A DNA stretch of 64,000 bases from Eledone cirrhosa (lineage: Eukaryota), in the NCBI GenBank assembly GCA_964016885.1, contig OZ024742.1:208940001-209004000 (forward strand). The letters are read 5' to 3'. Shown here one piece after another: positions 1-10,985 of the stretch (position 1 is its first letter; the number at the start of each line of letters is the position of its first letter). Under the pieces are notes generated by a model, which worked only from the letters and a program-made list of their open reading frames with translations, was not told the origin of the DNA and made no database searches. A program made the position numbers and the translations under genes.

Positions 1-21
1 TATATATATATATGTATATAT

Positions 22-72
<51 letters not shown>

Positions 73-245
73 TTTACGTATAGTATAATATATATATTAC
101 ACTTGTGATTATTTATGCCCTTGAGAAGCCCGACTGGGCGAAACGTACGTAGGTGATATTTTAAATAAACATGTTTTAACGGTCTATTCTCCGATTTTTT
201 ACTTTCCCACGTATATATATATATATATGAATATATATGTATATA

Positions 246-295
<50 letters not shown>

Positions 296-308
296 AGTAT
301 ATATATAC

Positions 309-404
<96 letters not shown>

Positions 405-412
405 ATATATGT

Positions 413-443
<31 letters not shown>

Positions 444-474
444 AGCTCAGCCGTCGGGGTCCTACTGGTTCCTA

Positions 475-530
<56 letters not shown>
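1..530. repeat. (TA)n microsatellite arrays interrupted by short PLE 3'-end fragments
   Basis: Long TA runs with islands at about 69-213 and 441-475. Similar TA arrays recur across the window and generate the YIYIYI ORFs. Confidence 0.95.
116..156 (+). ncRNA. Minimal type I hammerhead ribozyme, U3-A8 core variant, in a PLE terminal fragment
   Basis: TTGAGAA-gccc(gact)gggc-GAAA-C(gtac)G-TA. Palindromic stem III (ACGTACGT), GUA site, AATAAA just downstream. Stem I is weak. Confidence 0.6.
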
Positions 531-535
<5 letters not shown>

Positions 536-2894
536 ATATTTGGGGAGGGTCATATTTGCGTAATATTGCCAGAATTAATAACAGAACACACTCACTGTTT
601 GGTTGGTTTTCGCTTCTCGCTGTCTTTTATATATATATATCTGCGATCTAACTTACTCGGTCCTCAATGTTGCCATTGACTGACCGGTGGTCAAAAATAA
701 AATAATACAGATACAATATAGACAAACACATATATATATAGTTTACATAAATCTTTCGTTGCACATCTGCAACATCGTCAGTGGTGTTATATTCATTGTT
801 CCTCCTGTTGTGTTGTATGTCTACGCCATTTTTTTTGTTCAGTCCGTCTATATATTTATTTATTTGTTTGCTTGTTTGTTTATCTTATTTTATTTTGTCT
901 TCTTTGCGCATGCGTTTGCGTGTGTGATGTGTGACTAGTGTGTATAGTGTTGTGTCTGCTGGGTGACTAGTGTGTGTTTATGTGCTTGTGTATGTATTTA
1001 TTTATCTTATTTTATTTAATTTAATTTACTTATTTATTTATACTTCTCTTAGGTCAGTGTTGTTTGTTTGGGTGTTGTTGTTGTTCCACTCATTCTTTCT
1101 GTTTAGCTTTGGTCTTCTAATTTCTATTTCACTGGCCTCTCTGATTTGCCTATCTGCTGGGTCATTCCTATGTTTAGATATTATTCTAATTTCTATGTTG
1201 TCTATGTTACCGTCATGATGTTGTCTAGCATGTTCGTATAGTACTGACCCGTTTTTTCGTCCTTTTAGTTCCCCCCAGTGTTGGTCTATCCTTTCACCTA
1301 TGCTACGAGCTGTCTCACCTATGTATGTTGTTGTCGTGTTTCTACAAGTACCCTCTGTACATCTTATGCTATAGACTACGTTTCTAGTTTTACAGTTTAT
1401 CCGGGGGTTCACCTTACATATGATACATTTCCTATTGGTACAGTGGGTTTTCTTAAAAGGGTAGGTTTTGCTGATCAGGGATTTTATGGTGGTTCCTGGC
1501 TTTTCTACCACCTTTATTTTTAAGTGGGTCTTTCTCAGGGCCTTTCTACACTGGTTAGCTAATTTCCCTCCAGGGGTGGCGTCCACAAACATGACACTCT
1601 GATATCTCTGGTTGTCGTACCATGATGTGGCCTTCCCTATCTTATGTCTAGCCCTATCTAAGCTATTCCATGATTTGCTCCTGTATAGTGGGCAAATTCC
1701 TTTCATGTCCAGTTCTATGAGGGTCTTATACTTTTCCATGGCTCCTTCGTATACTCTGACTCTGTCTCTTTGGTTGTAGCCAGAGAACTGCATGCGGTTG
1801 ATGAAGTGTTGGATGTGTCCTTCCATTTCTGTTGGGTCGCACATGCTGGACACATTCTTCATCACTCGTACCAAATCTGCGATCAGAATATTAAACTTAG
1901 CACTACTGGACATTGCTGAGTTTTTGAGTATCAGGTATTTGGAGGCCATGGGTTTAGCATAGTGTGAGTGGAGAATTTGGGCTCTCTCGTCTATAGTGTT
2001 AATCCAGAGTTCTGTGTCTAATACAGGTAGTCTATTGTTAGGGTGTTTGGAAGGGAAGTCTATAGTTACAGTTATACTCTGGTGTATGGAATTAGCTATC
2101 TGCTGGATGCTTTCCATCGTGCTACGTTCTAAATCAAACTTGTTAGTGCTCTCTAGTGGGGGTGTTCTTATAACTATATTGATATCGTCTACATAACGAG
2201 AGTACATGATGAGGTCTATGGAGCTTTCATTAAGGAGATCTTTAAGTCTCCTTTCCCACCATACCATGAAAAGGTTGGCAACATCGCCAGCTATGCTGAC
2301 GCCGATGGCTGCTCCCTCATTTTGGGTGTAGATTTTCTCATTGAACTTAAATATGTGGCCCTTTAGGGTAGTTTTGATACTAGCCCCTATTGCATGTGCG
2401 ACCATTTTTCTTACCTGATCAGTGTTTTGGGGGGTCCGTATAGCTTTGGTCCACCCAATCCACCTTCCTATGGGAGTCTTTTTAGCCATTGAGGTTATGG
2501 TGGGGGGTCTACCTCTTATAGGTCTACTAGGGCAGAAACATCTAAGGTCATGGCTGTCTAGGTAGTCAGTGTCGTAGGTAAGTCTAAGTAGGAGGCCCAG
2601 TTCGTCTGTGTCGACGTCGCAGAACTCCACCTCACTCTCAATGATCATCTCCACACATCTTTTCACAGCAAAATCAATGTTAATGGATGGGTACAGTGAC
2701 ACCACATCCATGCTGCCTATTATGCAGTTGGATAGGCTCCTGTTTTTGTTGCACTCACTGATTCTGCTGAGGAGGTCCTCTGTACTTTCACATACATCTG
2801 GGGACATCTTGATTATGGGGCGTATAACCATTGAGAGGAAGTAGGAGATCCTGTAGTTGCTAGCTATATTAGCTCCGCATACAGGTCTTGTTGG
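529..2894 (-). mobile_element. Penelope-like element family A, left arm (5'-truncated)
   Basis: RT + GIY-YIG ORF plus about 500 bp of 3' region ending in (TA)n. 529-2404 mirrors 2895-4770 (coordinate sum 5299). Confidence 0.95.
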
Positions 2895-2909
2895 TGGTCG
2901 CACATGCAA
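1038..2909 (-). CDS. PLE reverse transcriptase + C-terminal GIY-YIG endonuclease (uninterrupted, N-terminally truncated)
   Basis: Motifs GSMDVVSLYPSI, QNEGAAIGVSIAGDVANLFM, YSRYVDD, Cys-rich linker, NVVYSIRC...YIGETARS. The first few codons come from the inversion junction. Confidence 0.92.
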   Translation of the reverse strand: MHVRPPTRPVCGANIASNYRISYFLSMVIRPIIKMSPDVCESTEDLLSRISECNKNRSLSNCIIGSMDVVSLYPSINIDFAVKRCVEMIIESEVEFCDVDTDELGLLLRLTYDTDYLDSHDLRCFCPSRPIRGRPPTITSMAKKTPIGRWIGWTKAIRTPQNTDQVRKMVAHAIGASIKTTLKGHIFKFNEKIYTQNEGAAIGVSIAGDVANLFMVWWERRLKDLLNESSIDLIMYSRYVDDINIVIRTPPLESTNKFDLERSTMESIQQIANSIHQSITVTIDFPSKHPNNRLPVLDTELWINTIDERAQILHSHYAKPMASKYLILKNSAMSSSAKFNILIADLVRVMKNVSSMCDPTEMEGHIQHFINRMQFSGYNQRDRVRVYEGAMEKYKTLIELDMKGICPLYRSKSWNSLDRARHKIGKATSWYDNQRYQSVMFVDATPGGKLANQCRKALRKTHLKIKVVEKPGTTIKSLISKTYPFKKTHCTNRKCIICKVNPRINCKTRNVVYSIRCTEGTCRNTTTTYIGETARSIGERIDQHWGELKGRKNGSVLYEHARQHHDGNIDNIEIRIISKHRNDPADRQIREASEIEIRRPKLNRKNEWNNNNTQTNNTDLREV

Positions 2910-4261
2910 TAGGGGCTAGTATCAAAACTACCCTAAAGGGCCACATATTTAAGTTCAATGAGAAAATCTACACCCAAAATGAGGGAGCAGCCATCGGCGT
3001 CAGCATAGCTGGCGATGTTGCCAACCTTTTCATGGTATGGTGGGAAAGGAGACTTAAAGATCTCCTTAATGAAAGCTCCATAGACCTCATCATGTACTCT
3101 CGTTATGTAGACGATATCAATATAGTTATAAGAACACCCCCACTAGAGAGCACTAACAAGTTTGATTTAGAACGTAGCACGATGGAAAGCATCCAGCAGA
3201 TAGCTAATTCCATACACCAGAGTATAACTGTAACTATAGACTTCCCTTCCAAACACCCTAACAATAGACTACCTGTATTAGACACAGAACTCTGGATTAA
3301 CACTATAGACGAGAGAGCCCAAATTCTCCACTCACACTATGCTAAACCCATGGCCTCCAAATACCTGATACTCAAAAACTCAGCAATGTCCAGTAGTGCT
3401 AAGTTTAATATTCTGATCGCAGATTTGGTACGAGTGATGAAGAATGTGTCCAGCATGTGCGACCCAACAGAAATGGAAGGACACATCCAACACTTCATCA
3501 ACCGCATGCAGTTCTCTGGCTACAACCAAAGAGACAGAGTCAGAGTATACGAAGGAGCCATGGAAAAGTATAAGACCCTCATAGAACTGGACATGAAAGG
3601 AATTTGCCCACTATACAGGAGCAAATCATGGAATAGCTTAGATAGGGCTAGACATAAGATAGGGAAGGCCACATCATGGTACGACAACCAGAGATATCAG
3701 AGTGTCATGTTTGTGGACGCCACCCCTGGAGGGAAATTAGCTAACCAGTGTAGAAAGGCCCTGAGAAAGACCCACTTAAAAATAAAGGTGGTAGAAAAGC
3801 CAGGAACCACCATAAAATCCCTGATCAGCAAAACCTACCCTTTTAAGAAAACCCACTGTACCAATAGGAAATGTATCATATGTAAGGTGAACCCCCGGAT
3901 AAACTGTAAAACTAGAAACGTAGTCTATAGCATAAGATGTACAGAGGGTACTTGTAGAAACACGACAACAACATACATAGGTGAGACAGCTCGTAGCATA
4001 GGTGAAAGGATAGACCAACACTGGGGGGAACTAAAAGGACGAAAAAACGGGTCAGTACTATACGAACATGCTAGACAACATCATGACGGTAACATAGACA
4101 ACATAGAAATTAGAATAATATCTAAACATAGGAATGACCCAGCAGATAGGCAAATCAGAGAGGCCAGTGAAATAGAAATTAGAAGACCAAAGCTAAACAG
4201 AAAGAATGAGTGGAACAACAACAACACCCAAACAAACAACACTGACCTAAGAGAAGTATAA
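2888..4261 (+). CDS. PLE RT C-terminal half + GIY-YIG (duplicate of the left-arm ORF)
   Basis: Translation is identical to 1038..2909 from VAHAIGAS to the stop. Confidence 0.9.
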   Translation: MLVVAHAIGASIKTTLKGHIFKFNEKIYTQNEGAAIGVSIAGDVANLFMVWWERRLKDLLNESSIDLIMYSRYVDDINIVIRTPPLESTNKFDLERSTMESIQQIANSIHQSITVTIDFPSKHPNNRLPVLDTELWINTIDERAQILHSHYAKPMASKYLILKNSAMSSSAKFNILIADLVRVMKNVSSMCDPTEMEGHIQHFINRMQFSGYNQRDRVRVYEGAMEKYKTLIELDMKGICPLYRSKSWNSLDRARHKIGKATSWYDNQRYQSVMFVDATPGGKLANQCRKALRKTHLKIKVVEKPGTTIKSLISKTYPFKKTHCTNRKCIICKVNPRINCKTRNVVYSIRCTEGTCRNTTTTYIGETARSIGERIDQHWGELKGRKNGSVLYEHARQHHDGNIDNIEIRIISKHRNDPADRQIREASEIEIRRPKLNRKNEWNNNNTQTNNTDLREV

Positions 4262-4826
4262 ATAAATAAGTAAATTAAATTAAATAAAATAAGATAAATA
4301 AATACATACACAAGCACATAAACACACACTAGTCACCCAGCAGACACAACACTATACACACTAGTCACACATCACACACGCAAACGCATGCGCAAAGAAG
4401 ACAAAATAAAATAAGATAAACAAACAAGCAAACAAATAAATAAATATATAGACGGACTGAACAAAAAAAATGGCGTAGACATACAACACAACAGGAGGAA
4501 CAATGAATATAACACCACTGACGATGTTGCAGATGTGCAACGAAAGATTTATGTAAACTATATATATATGTGTTTGTCTATATTGTATCTGTATTATTTT
4601 ATTTTTGACCACCGGTCAGTCAATGGCAACATTGAGGACCGAGTAAGTTAGATCGCAGATATATATATATAAAAGACAGCGAGAAGCGAAAACCAACCAA
4701 ACAGTGAGTGTGTTCTGTTATTAATTCTGGCAATATTACGCAAATATGACCCTCCCCAAATATAACAATATCTGTTTCGACACACGATTTCATATAAAAA
4801 ACCTCGCAAAACTAATTCATCGCCGC
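2895..4826 (+). mobile_element. Penelope-like element family A, right arm (inverted duplicate with about 55 bp extra tail)
   Basis: Reverse complement of 529-2404. Extra tail 4771-4826, then (TA)n. Confidence 0.95.
4514..4554 (+). ncRNA. Hammerhead-like motif in the family A 3' region (mirror copy at 745-785 on -)
   Basis: CTGACGA-t-gttgca(gatg)tgcaac-GAAAG. Perfect 6-bp stem II; stems I and III are weak. Confidence 0.55.
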
Positions 4827-4952
<126 letters not shown>

Positions 4953-4964
4953 TATATATTCATT

Positions 4965-5257
4965 ATGATGACTGCAACCCCATTTCGAGTAATGCCAACG
5001 CTTGATACATAAGCATGAGCATCGCGGCCGTTGATTTTTATTCCGACTTGCCTATAGCCAGCCATGCCATGCATCGAGGCCAATCCCACTCTCTGAACAT
5101 AGATTTGGGTGTAAACAAAGTCGCAGGTTTTATATAAGTGTGACCCCCTCCTAGAGAGAGATATTAATGAAGAGTAGGAGTCACTCGCACCACAACCACA
5201 AAAAAAATACTTTATTATATGGCCTTTGACTCTACTGAATTCCTACATACATACATG
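4965..5257. mobile_element. Short repeat ending in (CATA)n, related to 16775-17090
   Basis: Both copies share atgatgactgcaa, ccactctctga and ggcctttgac in the same order and end in catacatac. Confidence 0.5.
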
Positions 5258-5269
5258 ATGGCTGCTCCC

Positions 5270-5402
5270 TCGATATCGAGTATGGCCATTGCACGATATA
5301 ACATTATGGTTGACTTTGCCTTTCATCCTGACGGGGTCGATAAAATAAAGTACCAGTAATGCACTGGGTAATTGCTAGCCTTGTGCCTAAAGTAGAAACA
5401 AT
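5270..5402 (+). mobile_element. tRNA-derived SINE, degenerate copy
   Basis: Body gactttgcctttcatcc...ggggtcgataaaataaagtaccagtaa...gccttgtgcctaaagtagaaac. Confidence 0.8.
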
Positions 5403-6072
5403 TATTAATAATTAATTAATGCTATCGTGCAATGCCTGCGCGTGAAGATTTTTTTAAAGTGAGGAAATACTGTGCACTGAGCCAATCACACTCTCTGATC
5501 GACAGTAGTTATAATCCGAAAAGAAGAACAGATCAACATCGCCGGTATCTACTGAGCCGCATGTTTTATGTCGGAGTTATCCCAGTTTCCTGAGTTGACT
5601 TCTCCTAGAAGAATGCCCAAACAACGGCTAGGGGTCCTTCACTCTCGGTGGTTTAACCGTGCGATTGAGCATCCAGCCCGATTATTTCTATGTCCCCGCG
5701 CATATTCATACACATGCATACACGTATACACACACATATATACATATACATACATGCATATATGTATATACATATTTAAACATTTTTGGATGGCCGTTGA
5801 CTCTTATGAGTTCTTCTGCCCTTTGTTAAGTTTTATTTTTTGTCCTGCAGGGTGTCCCAAATCACCCTCCTCACCAAGTAAACTTAGTGGGGTTGCGGGT
5901 TTAGTCGCCGACGACCCGACCATGCGAGATACATACATACATACCAAAAATATATATACATACATACATAGATACAATCATACATACATACATACATACA
6001 TACATACATACATACATACATACATACATACATACATACATACATACATACATACATACATACATACATACA

Positions 6073-8840
6073 TGCTTAATAAAAAATTCAGACGAAACCA
6101 AACATCATGAGATATGAAGGGCAAAATAATAAGTGTCACTGAGGCCCCATCCCAGAAAGACATAGATTCCTTTTGGAGAAAAATATGGGGTGAAAAGCAG
6201 AATTTCAACCAAGATGCAATGTGGCTAAGAGAAATCCGAAAGAACTATTGCTCCTACACTACAACAAAAACATACGAAATAAGTGAGGGTACCTTGAGAC
6301 TGTGATAGGAAAACTCCAAGATAAGAAAACACCAGGAAGAGACATGATTGTCGGCTACTGGTACAAAACACTAATATTCTATCGGAGGTATCTTACTGAC
6401 CTCTACCAACAAGTTCTTAAGGGAGATATACTTATACCAGAACGGTTGACATTAGCACAAACGTTACTGGTCCCCAAGAACAAAGACACCCACTTGGCAA
6501 AAAAACTACCGACCCATGCATGCCAGAACCTGATGTATAACATGTATACAGCCTGCCTGAACCTATTCCTCCAAGATCACTGTGAAAATAATAACATCAT
6601 CACAGATGAACAAGCAGCTGGAAAAAGAGGGTTTGGGTGTGTGCTGAACAACTCATAATCAACAAAACTGCGATGTCGGAGGTGCGACAACTTAGGAGGA
6701 ATATGACTACAGTCTGGCTGGACTACAAGAAAGCTTTCGATTCTGTTCCCCACTCTTGGATGATAGAGGCCCTCCAACTTGCTAAAGTCCCAGACATTAT
6801 TGTCAGAGCCATAGAGAGGCTGTCTTCTTCTTGGGCTACTATCTAAGGTTAAAGACAGAGAGGGAGGACTCTATTCTCACTGATCAAATAAAATATTGCA
6901 GGGGTATATTTCAGGGGGAAAGTCTCTCTGTGATATTGTTCATCTTGTCATTAAACCCCTTGTCCTTTCTGCTCAAGAAATGTGAAGGATACATCATTCG
7001 CTCACAGGAGGACAGAAATACGAACCTAACCCATAACTTCTTTGTGGACGATCTGAAACTCTATGCCAAGAACATGGATGGGAGGAAGAAAAATCTTGAC
7101 CTGGTTACAACGTTCTCAAAGGATATAGGAATGGATTTTGGCCAAGATAAATGCTCATATATGACTGTAAAGCGGGGAAAAACAACAACCCATTCTAGCA
7201 ACATTGTCATCAATGGCCTAACTGTTTCACCGATATCTGATGAGGATTGCTACAGATACCTGGGGATAGATGAGAACATATCCTATAATGGTATCTGTAA
7301 TAAGGAACGCGTAACCAGGGAATACTACACCCGATTAAGAAAGATTTGGTCATCGCAACTCTCTGCGCAAAACAAAACAGTGACTCACAATGTGTTTGCT
7401 GTGCCTGTCCTAACACCAACGTTTGGAATACTCAATTGGACGATAGACGAAATCCGAGCAGTTGATGTTGGAACTCGAAAAATACTAAACAACACCGGAA
7501 ACTTCAACATCAACAGTGACATAGACCGCCTCTACTTGAAACGTAAGCAGGGAGGCAGAGGCCTAACATAAGTCCAGACAGAACATGAATGTCGCATCAT
7601 ATCCCTCCGACAATATCTACGAACATCTAAGCGTAAGAGCCCGTCTCTCGAGCAAGTCTATCTGCATGAAACAGATAAGATCAAGAGAGTTGGGAAGGAA
7701 CTCCTCGAGAGATATTTCCTGTGTGATAATCAAAAGCTCACACCCAAGGAAGTCTCTCAGCACTATCACAGTGAATCCATGGATGAAAAACTGCATGCTT
7801 GTCATCAAAAAAATCATGCATGGATATGTTGCCAGGAAGCTCCAGAGTGAGAGTAATATATATAAGGAAAGTAGTCTATCTTGGACCAACAACCGCTATA
7901 TTGGCTCCCACTTTGAAGGATACGCTTTTGCAATCCAAGAACAGGAAATTAATACGAAATACCTGATTCACAAAAGAGATTGGGATGCAGGCAAAACATC
8001 AAGATGTGATAACAAGTGCAGACTCTGCTGAACTAATATCGAAAATATCACCCATGTCATCAGCAGCTGTCCAAAGATGTCATCACGTTACTATCTACCT
8101 ATGAGGCATGATGTAGTGGCCAAAACACTGTACAATTCAATCCGTAAAAAAGATAGCCCCGATAATAATCACATTAAAAGCTACAGCAATGTGGAAGACA
8201 TCCATGTGCATAATATGAAAGAGTACTGGTGGAATGTTCCAGTAAAAACCCCAATAAAATGCAGGCATAACAGACCAGATATTATGATGTCTGACAGGGA
8301 GAAGAAAGCATGCACAGTAGTGAAAATTAGCTGCCCAGCAGATGCCAATATAATATCAAAGATTAGCGAAAAGGAGAATATTTCTGTAGAACTGATGAGA
8401 AATCTGCAGATACTCCACCCTGATTACACCTTCAGATTTATGCCGTGATTATTGAGGCAGTGGGGTATGTTAGTAACTGCCTCAATACAAATGTTGAGAA
8501 GCTAGGCTTCACAGGAACAGAAAGAACACAACTAGTTAGGAAATTACAAGTACAATCCATTAACGGAACAGTAAAAATATGTAAAACATTCCAAAAATTG
8601 TGCATCTAATAACTGCATATACATATGTACAGATACAAATCATATACACAGGCACACATACAACTCAAAACATCCACATCCACACATACAATAACATCCA
8701 TATCTACACATGCATGCATGCATACATATCTACCTAGTTGATGTTGTGTAAATTCCAATCAGAGAGTCCTGTGTCTATGTTAGAAATGGCCTCTCTCTCT
8801 ATTGGAAAAAAATTTGTGAAACCATAAAACCAGAAGCACA
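6073..8840 (+). mobile_element. R4/Dong-like non-LTR retrotransposon (RT + CCHC + restriction-like endonuclease), 5'-truncated and frameshifted
   Basis: ORF pieces WLDYKKAFDSVPHSW, RGIFQGESLS, HNFFVDDLKLYA, RKQGGRGL, CRLC, RHDVVAK, HNRPDIM. (TACA)n on both sides. Confidence 0.88.
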
Positions 8841-9155
8841 CATACATACATTCATTCATACATACAGATGCATGTTGATTGATATGTTAGGTGTATCAAG
8901 AAACTCTACCACATATAGCAAATACTTTTTTTTACCATTGTTTGCATTTCGAATTCACAACACTTATTCACCCTGAGAATCAAGCATATACATATATAGA
9001 ATTATGCAAAGATGTTTACACATACAAATGCACACATGAACACACAGTAGCTCACAAAGACACACACCCATATATATATAAATATGTGTGTGTGTCTCTG
9101 TGTGTGTGTGTGTGTGCGTGTGTGTGCATGTATGTAGTGTGTATATAAATATCTT

Positions 9156-9215
<60 letters not shown>

Positions 9216-9265
9216 TAACCCCGTACCGTACACACACACATACCTTCTCTCACACACACACACAC

Positions 9266-9336
<71 letters not shown>

Positions 9337-9657
9337 AGAGTCAAAACAACGAAGAGCGGAGGACACGTTTCGACAGACAAACTTTCCGACAGACAAACTT
9401 TCCCCACCCCAGAAAAACCCCCAGTTGATGGATGTGAATCCGAAATATATAGGGACAATTAAATCTCTCCAAGGTAACTCTCTCTCGTGTTGTTATTTTT
9501 ATTTTTATCCTTTACGCTCTTTCCTTCTTTCCTCTACACGTCTTATACACGCCACGCATCTCAACGTACACCCACTTACATCTCTCTCTCCACCACCGGA
9601 TCTTGTTACCCGGAGGTTTACCCATTTGCATTGTCGAGGCTTCCAAACGACTTAAAG

Positions 9658-9660
<3 letters not shown>
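9337..9660 (+). mobile_element. Probable PLE terminal fragment between TA arrays, with decayed hammerhead-like motif
   Basis: ccc-CAGTTGA-t-ggat(gtga)atcc-GAAA-tatata-ggg at about 9419-9454. Confidence 0.35.
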
Positions 9661-9689
<29 letters not shown>

Positions 9690-9691
<2 letters not shown>

Positions 9692-10641
9692 CGTTTCTGA
9701 ATTTGTTTAGCAAGATTCTTTATCTGAAAACGTGTGTTGAAACCGATATTGTTATACTTTGGGAGGATCATGTTGCCAATAAGAAACACACGCACCAGAT
9801 GCTTTCACTTCAATTTATTATAATAAATTTATAAATTTAGGAATTTATAAATTTCTGGTTGGTTGGTTGGTTCCACAACCAGATAGTTGTTTATATATTG
9901 TCAAAGTTCTTTCGTCGCACATTCTGTGACCTCTTCAGTGACTGGGGATTCCATTCTTTGTTTTTGTGCCTCTCCTTTGTTCTGTCCTACGCCATTTTGT
10001 TTCTGTGTGTGTGTTGTGTGCTCAGTCTGCGCATGCGCCACATCCGAGTGTTTGTGTGTGTTTATATTCGTTTATTTATTTGTTTATTTACATGTTACCT
10101 GTTGATTGTTTGTTCTATGTGCGTGTGTGTTTTCATTTTGTCTTAATTGTAAGTTGTGATATTGCTGTTCCACTCATATTTTCTATTTAATTTTGGTTGT
10201 AATTCTTTTATGTTTAGGGGCAATAAACATAAAAGAATTACAACCAAAATTAAAAAGAAAATATGAGTGGAACAGCAACATCACAACTTACAATTAAGAC
10301 AAAATGAAAACACACACGCACATAGAACAAACAACCAACTGGTAACATGTAAATAAACAAATAAATAAACGAATATAAACACACACAGACACCTGGATGT
10401 GGCGCATGCGCAGACTGAGCACACAACACACACACAGAAACAAAATGGCGTAGGACAGAACAAAGGAGAGGCACAAAAACAAAGAAAAGAATCCTCAGCC
10501 ACTGAAGAGGTCACAGAATGTGTGACGAAAGAACTTTGACAATATATAAACAACTATCTGGTTGTGGAACCAACCAACCAACCAGAAATTTATAAATTCC
10601 TAAATTTATGAATTTATTATAATAAATTCAAGTGAAAGCAT

Positions 10642-10643
<2 letters not shown>
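9690..10643. mobile_element. Head-to-head palindrome of PLE family A' 3' ends
   Basis: 9795-10216 is inverted to 10224-10643 with a 7-bp spacer (ggggcaa). The left arm has about 105 bp of extra tail that aligns with the family A tail (gtgtgttgaaaccgatattgttata vs gtgtgtcgaaacagatattgttata). Confidence 0.9.
9900..9942 (-). ncRNA. Minimal hammerhead variant, family A' (other copies 10498-10540 on +, 58078-58120 on -)
   Basis: gtca-CTGAAGA-g-gtcaca(gaatg)tgygac-GAAA-gaac-tt-tgac. Stem I gtca/tgac; predicted CUU site. Confidence 0.65.
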
Positions 10644-10674
<31 letters not shown>

Positions 10675-10814
10675 GACAGGCGTAGTGAAAGCGCTATTTT
10701 TTTATACGACTGTATCAATGAGCCATGATCTACTTGTTGATAATCATTATTATCATTATTATCATCATTATCATCATTATCATCATTATCATCATTATCA
10801 TCATTATCATCATT

Positions 10815-10985
10815 ATCGGTAGAGGGTCGAACGCCATGCTTTGACGCATAGAGTTACGGCCCTTGCCATTCTGAGTTCAAATCCCGCCGAGGTTAACTTT
10901 GCCTTTCATCCTTATGGGGTCGATAAAATAAAGTACCAGTAATATACTGGGTAATTGCTGGCCTTGTGCCAAAAGTAGAAACAGT
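10815..10985 (+). mobile_element. tRNA-derived SINE
   Basis: B box gagttcaaatcc plus conserved body; preceded by an (ATC/ATT)n run. Confidence 0.85.

Noticed and set aside
176-679. Long YIYIYI / CVCVCV / HTHTHT / poly-L ORFs here and throughout
   Set aside because: They are translations of stop-free TA, TG, CA, CATA and CTA/CTG microsatellites, not proteins.
529-4826. DNA transposon with giant terminal inverted repeats
   Set aside because: The arms encode RT and GIY-YIG, there is no transposase, and the spacer is simply more RT sequence.
1038-4826. Selenoprotein-encoding (Naiad-type) PLE with SECIS
   Set aside because: The GIY-YIG domain is C-terminal, there is no in-frame TGA in the ORF, and the 3' stem-loop fits a hammerhead layout better.
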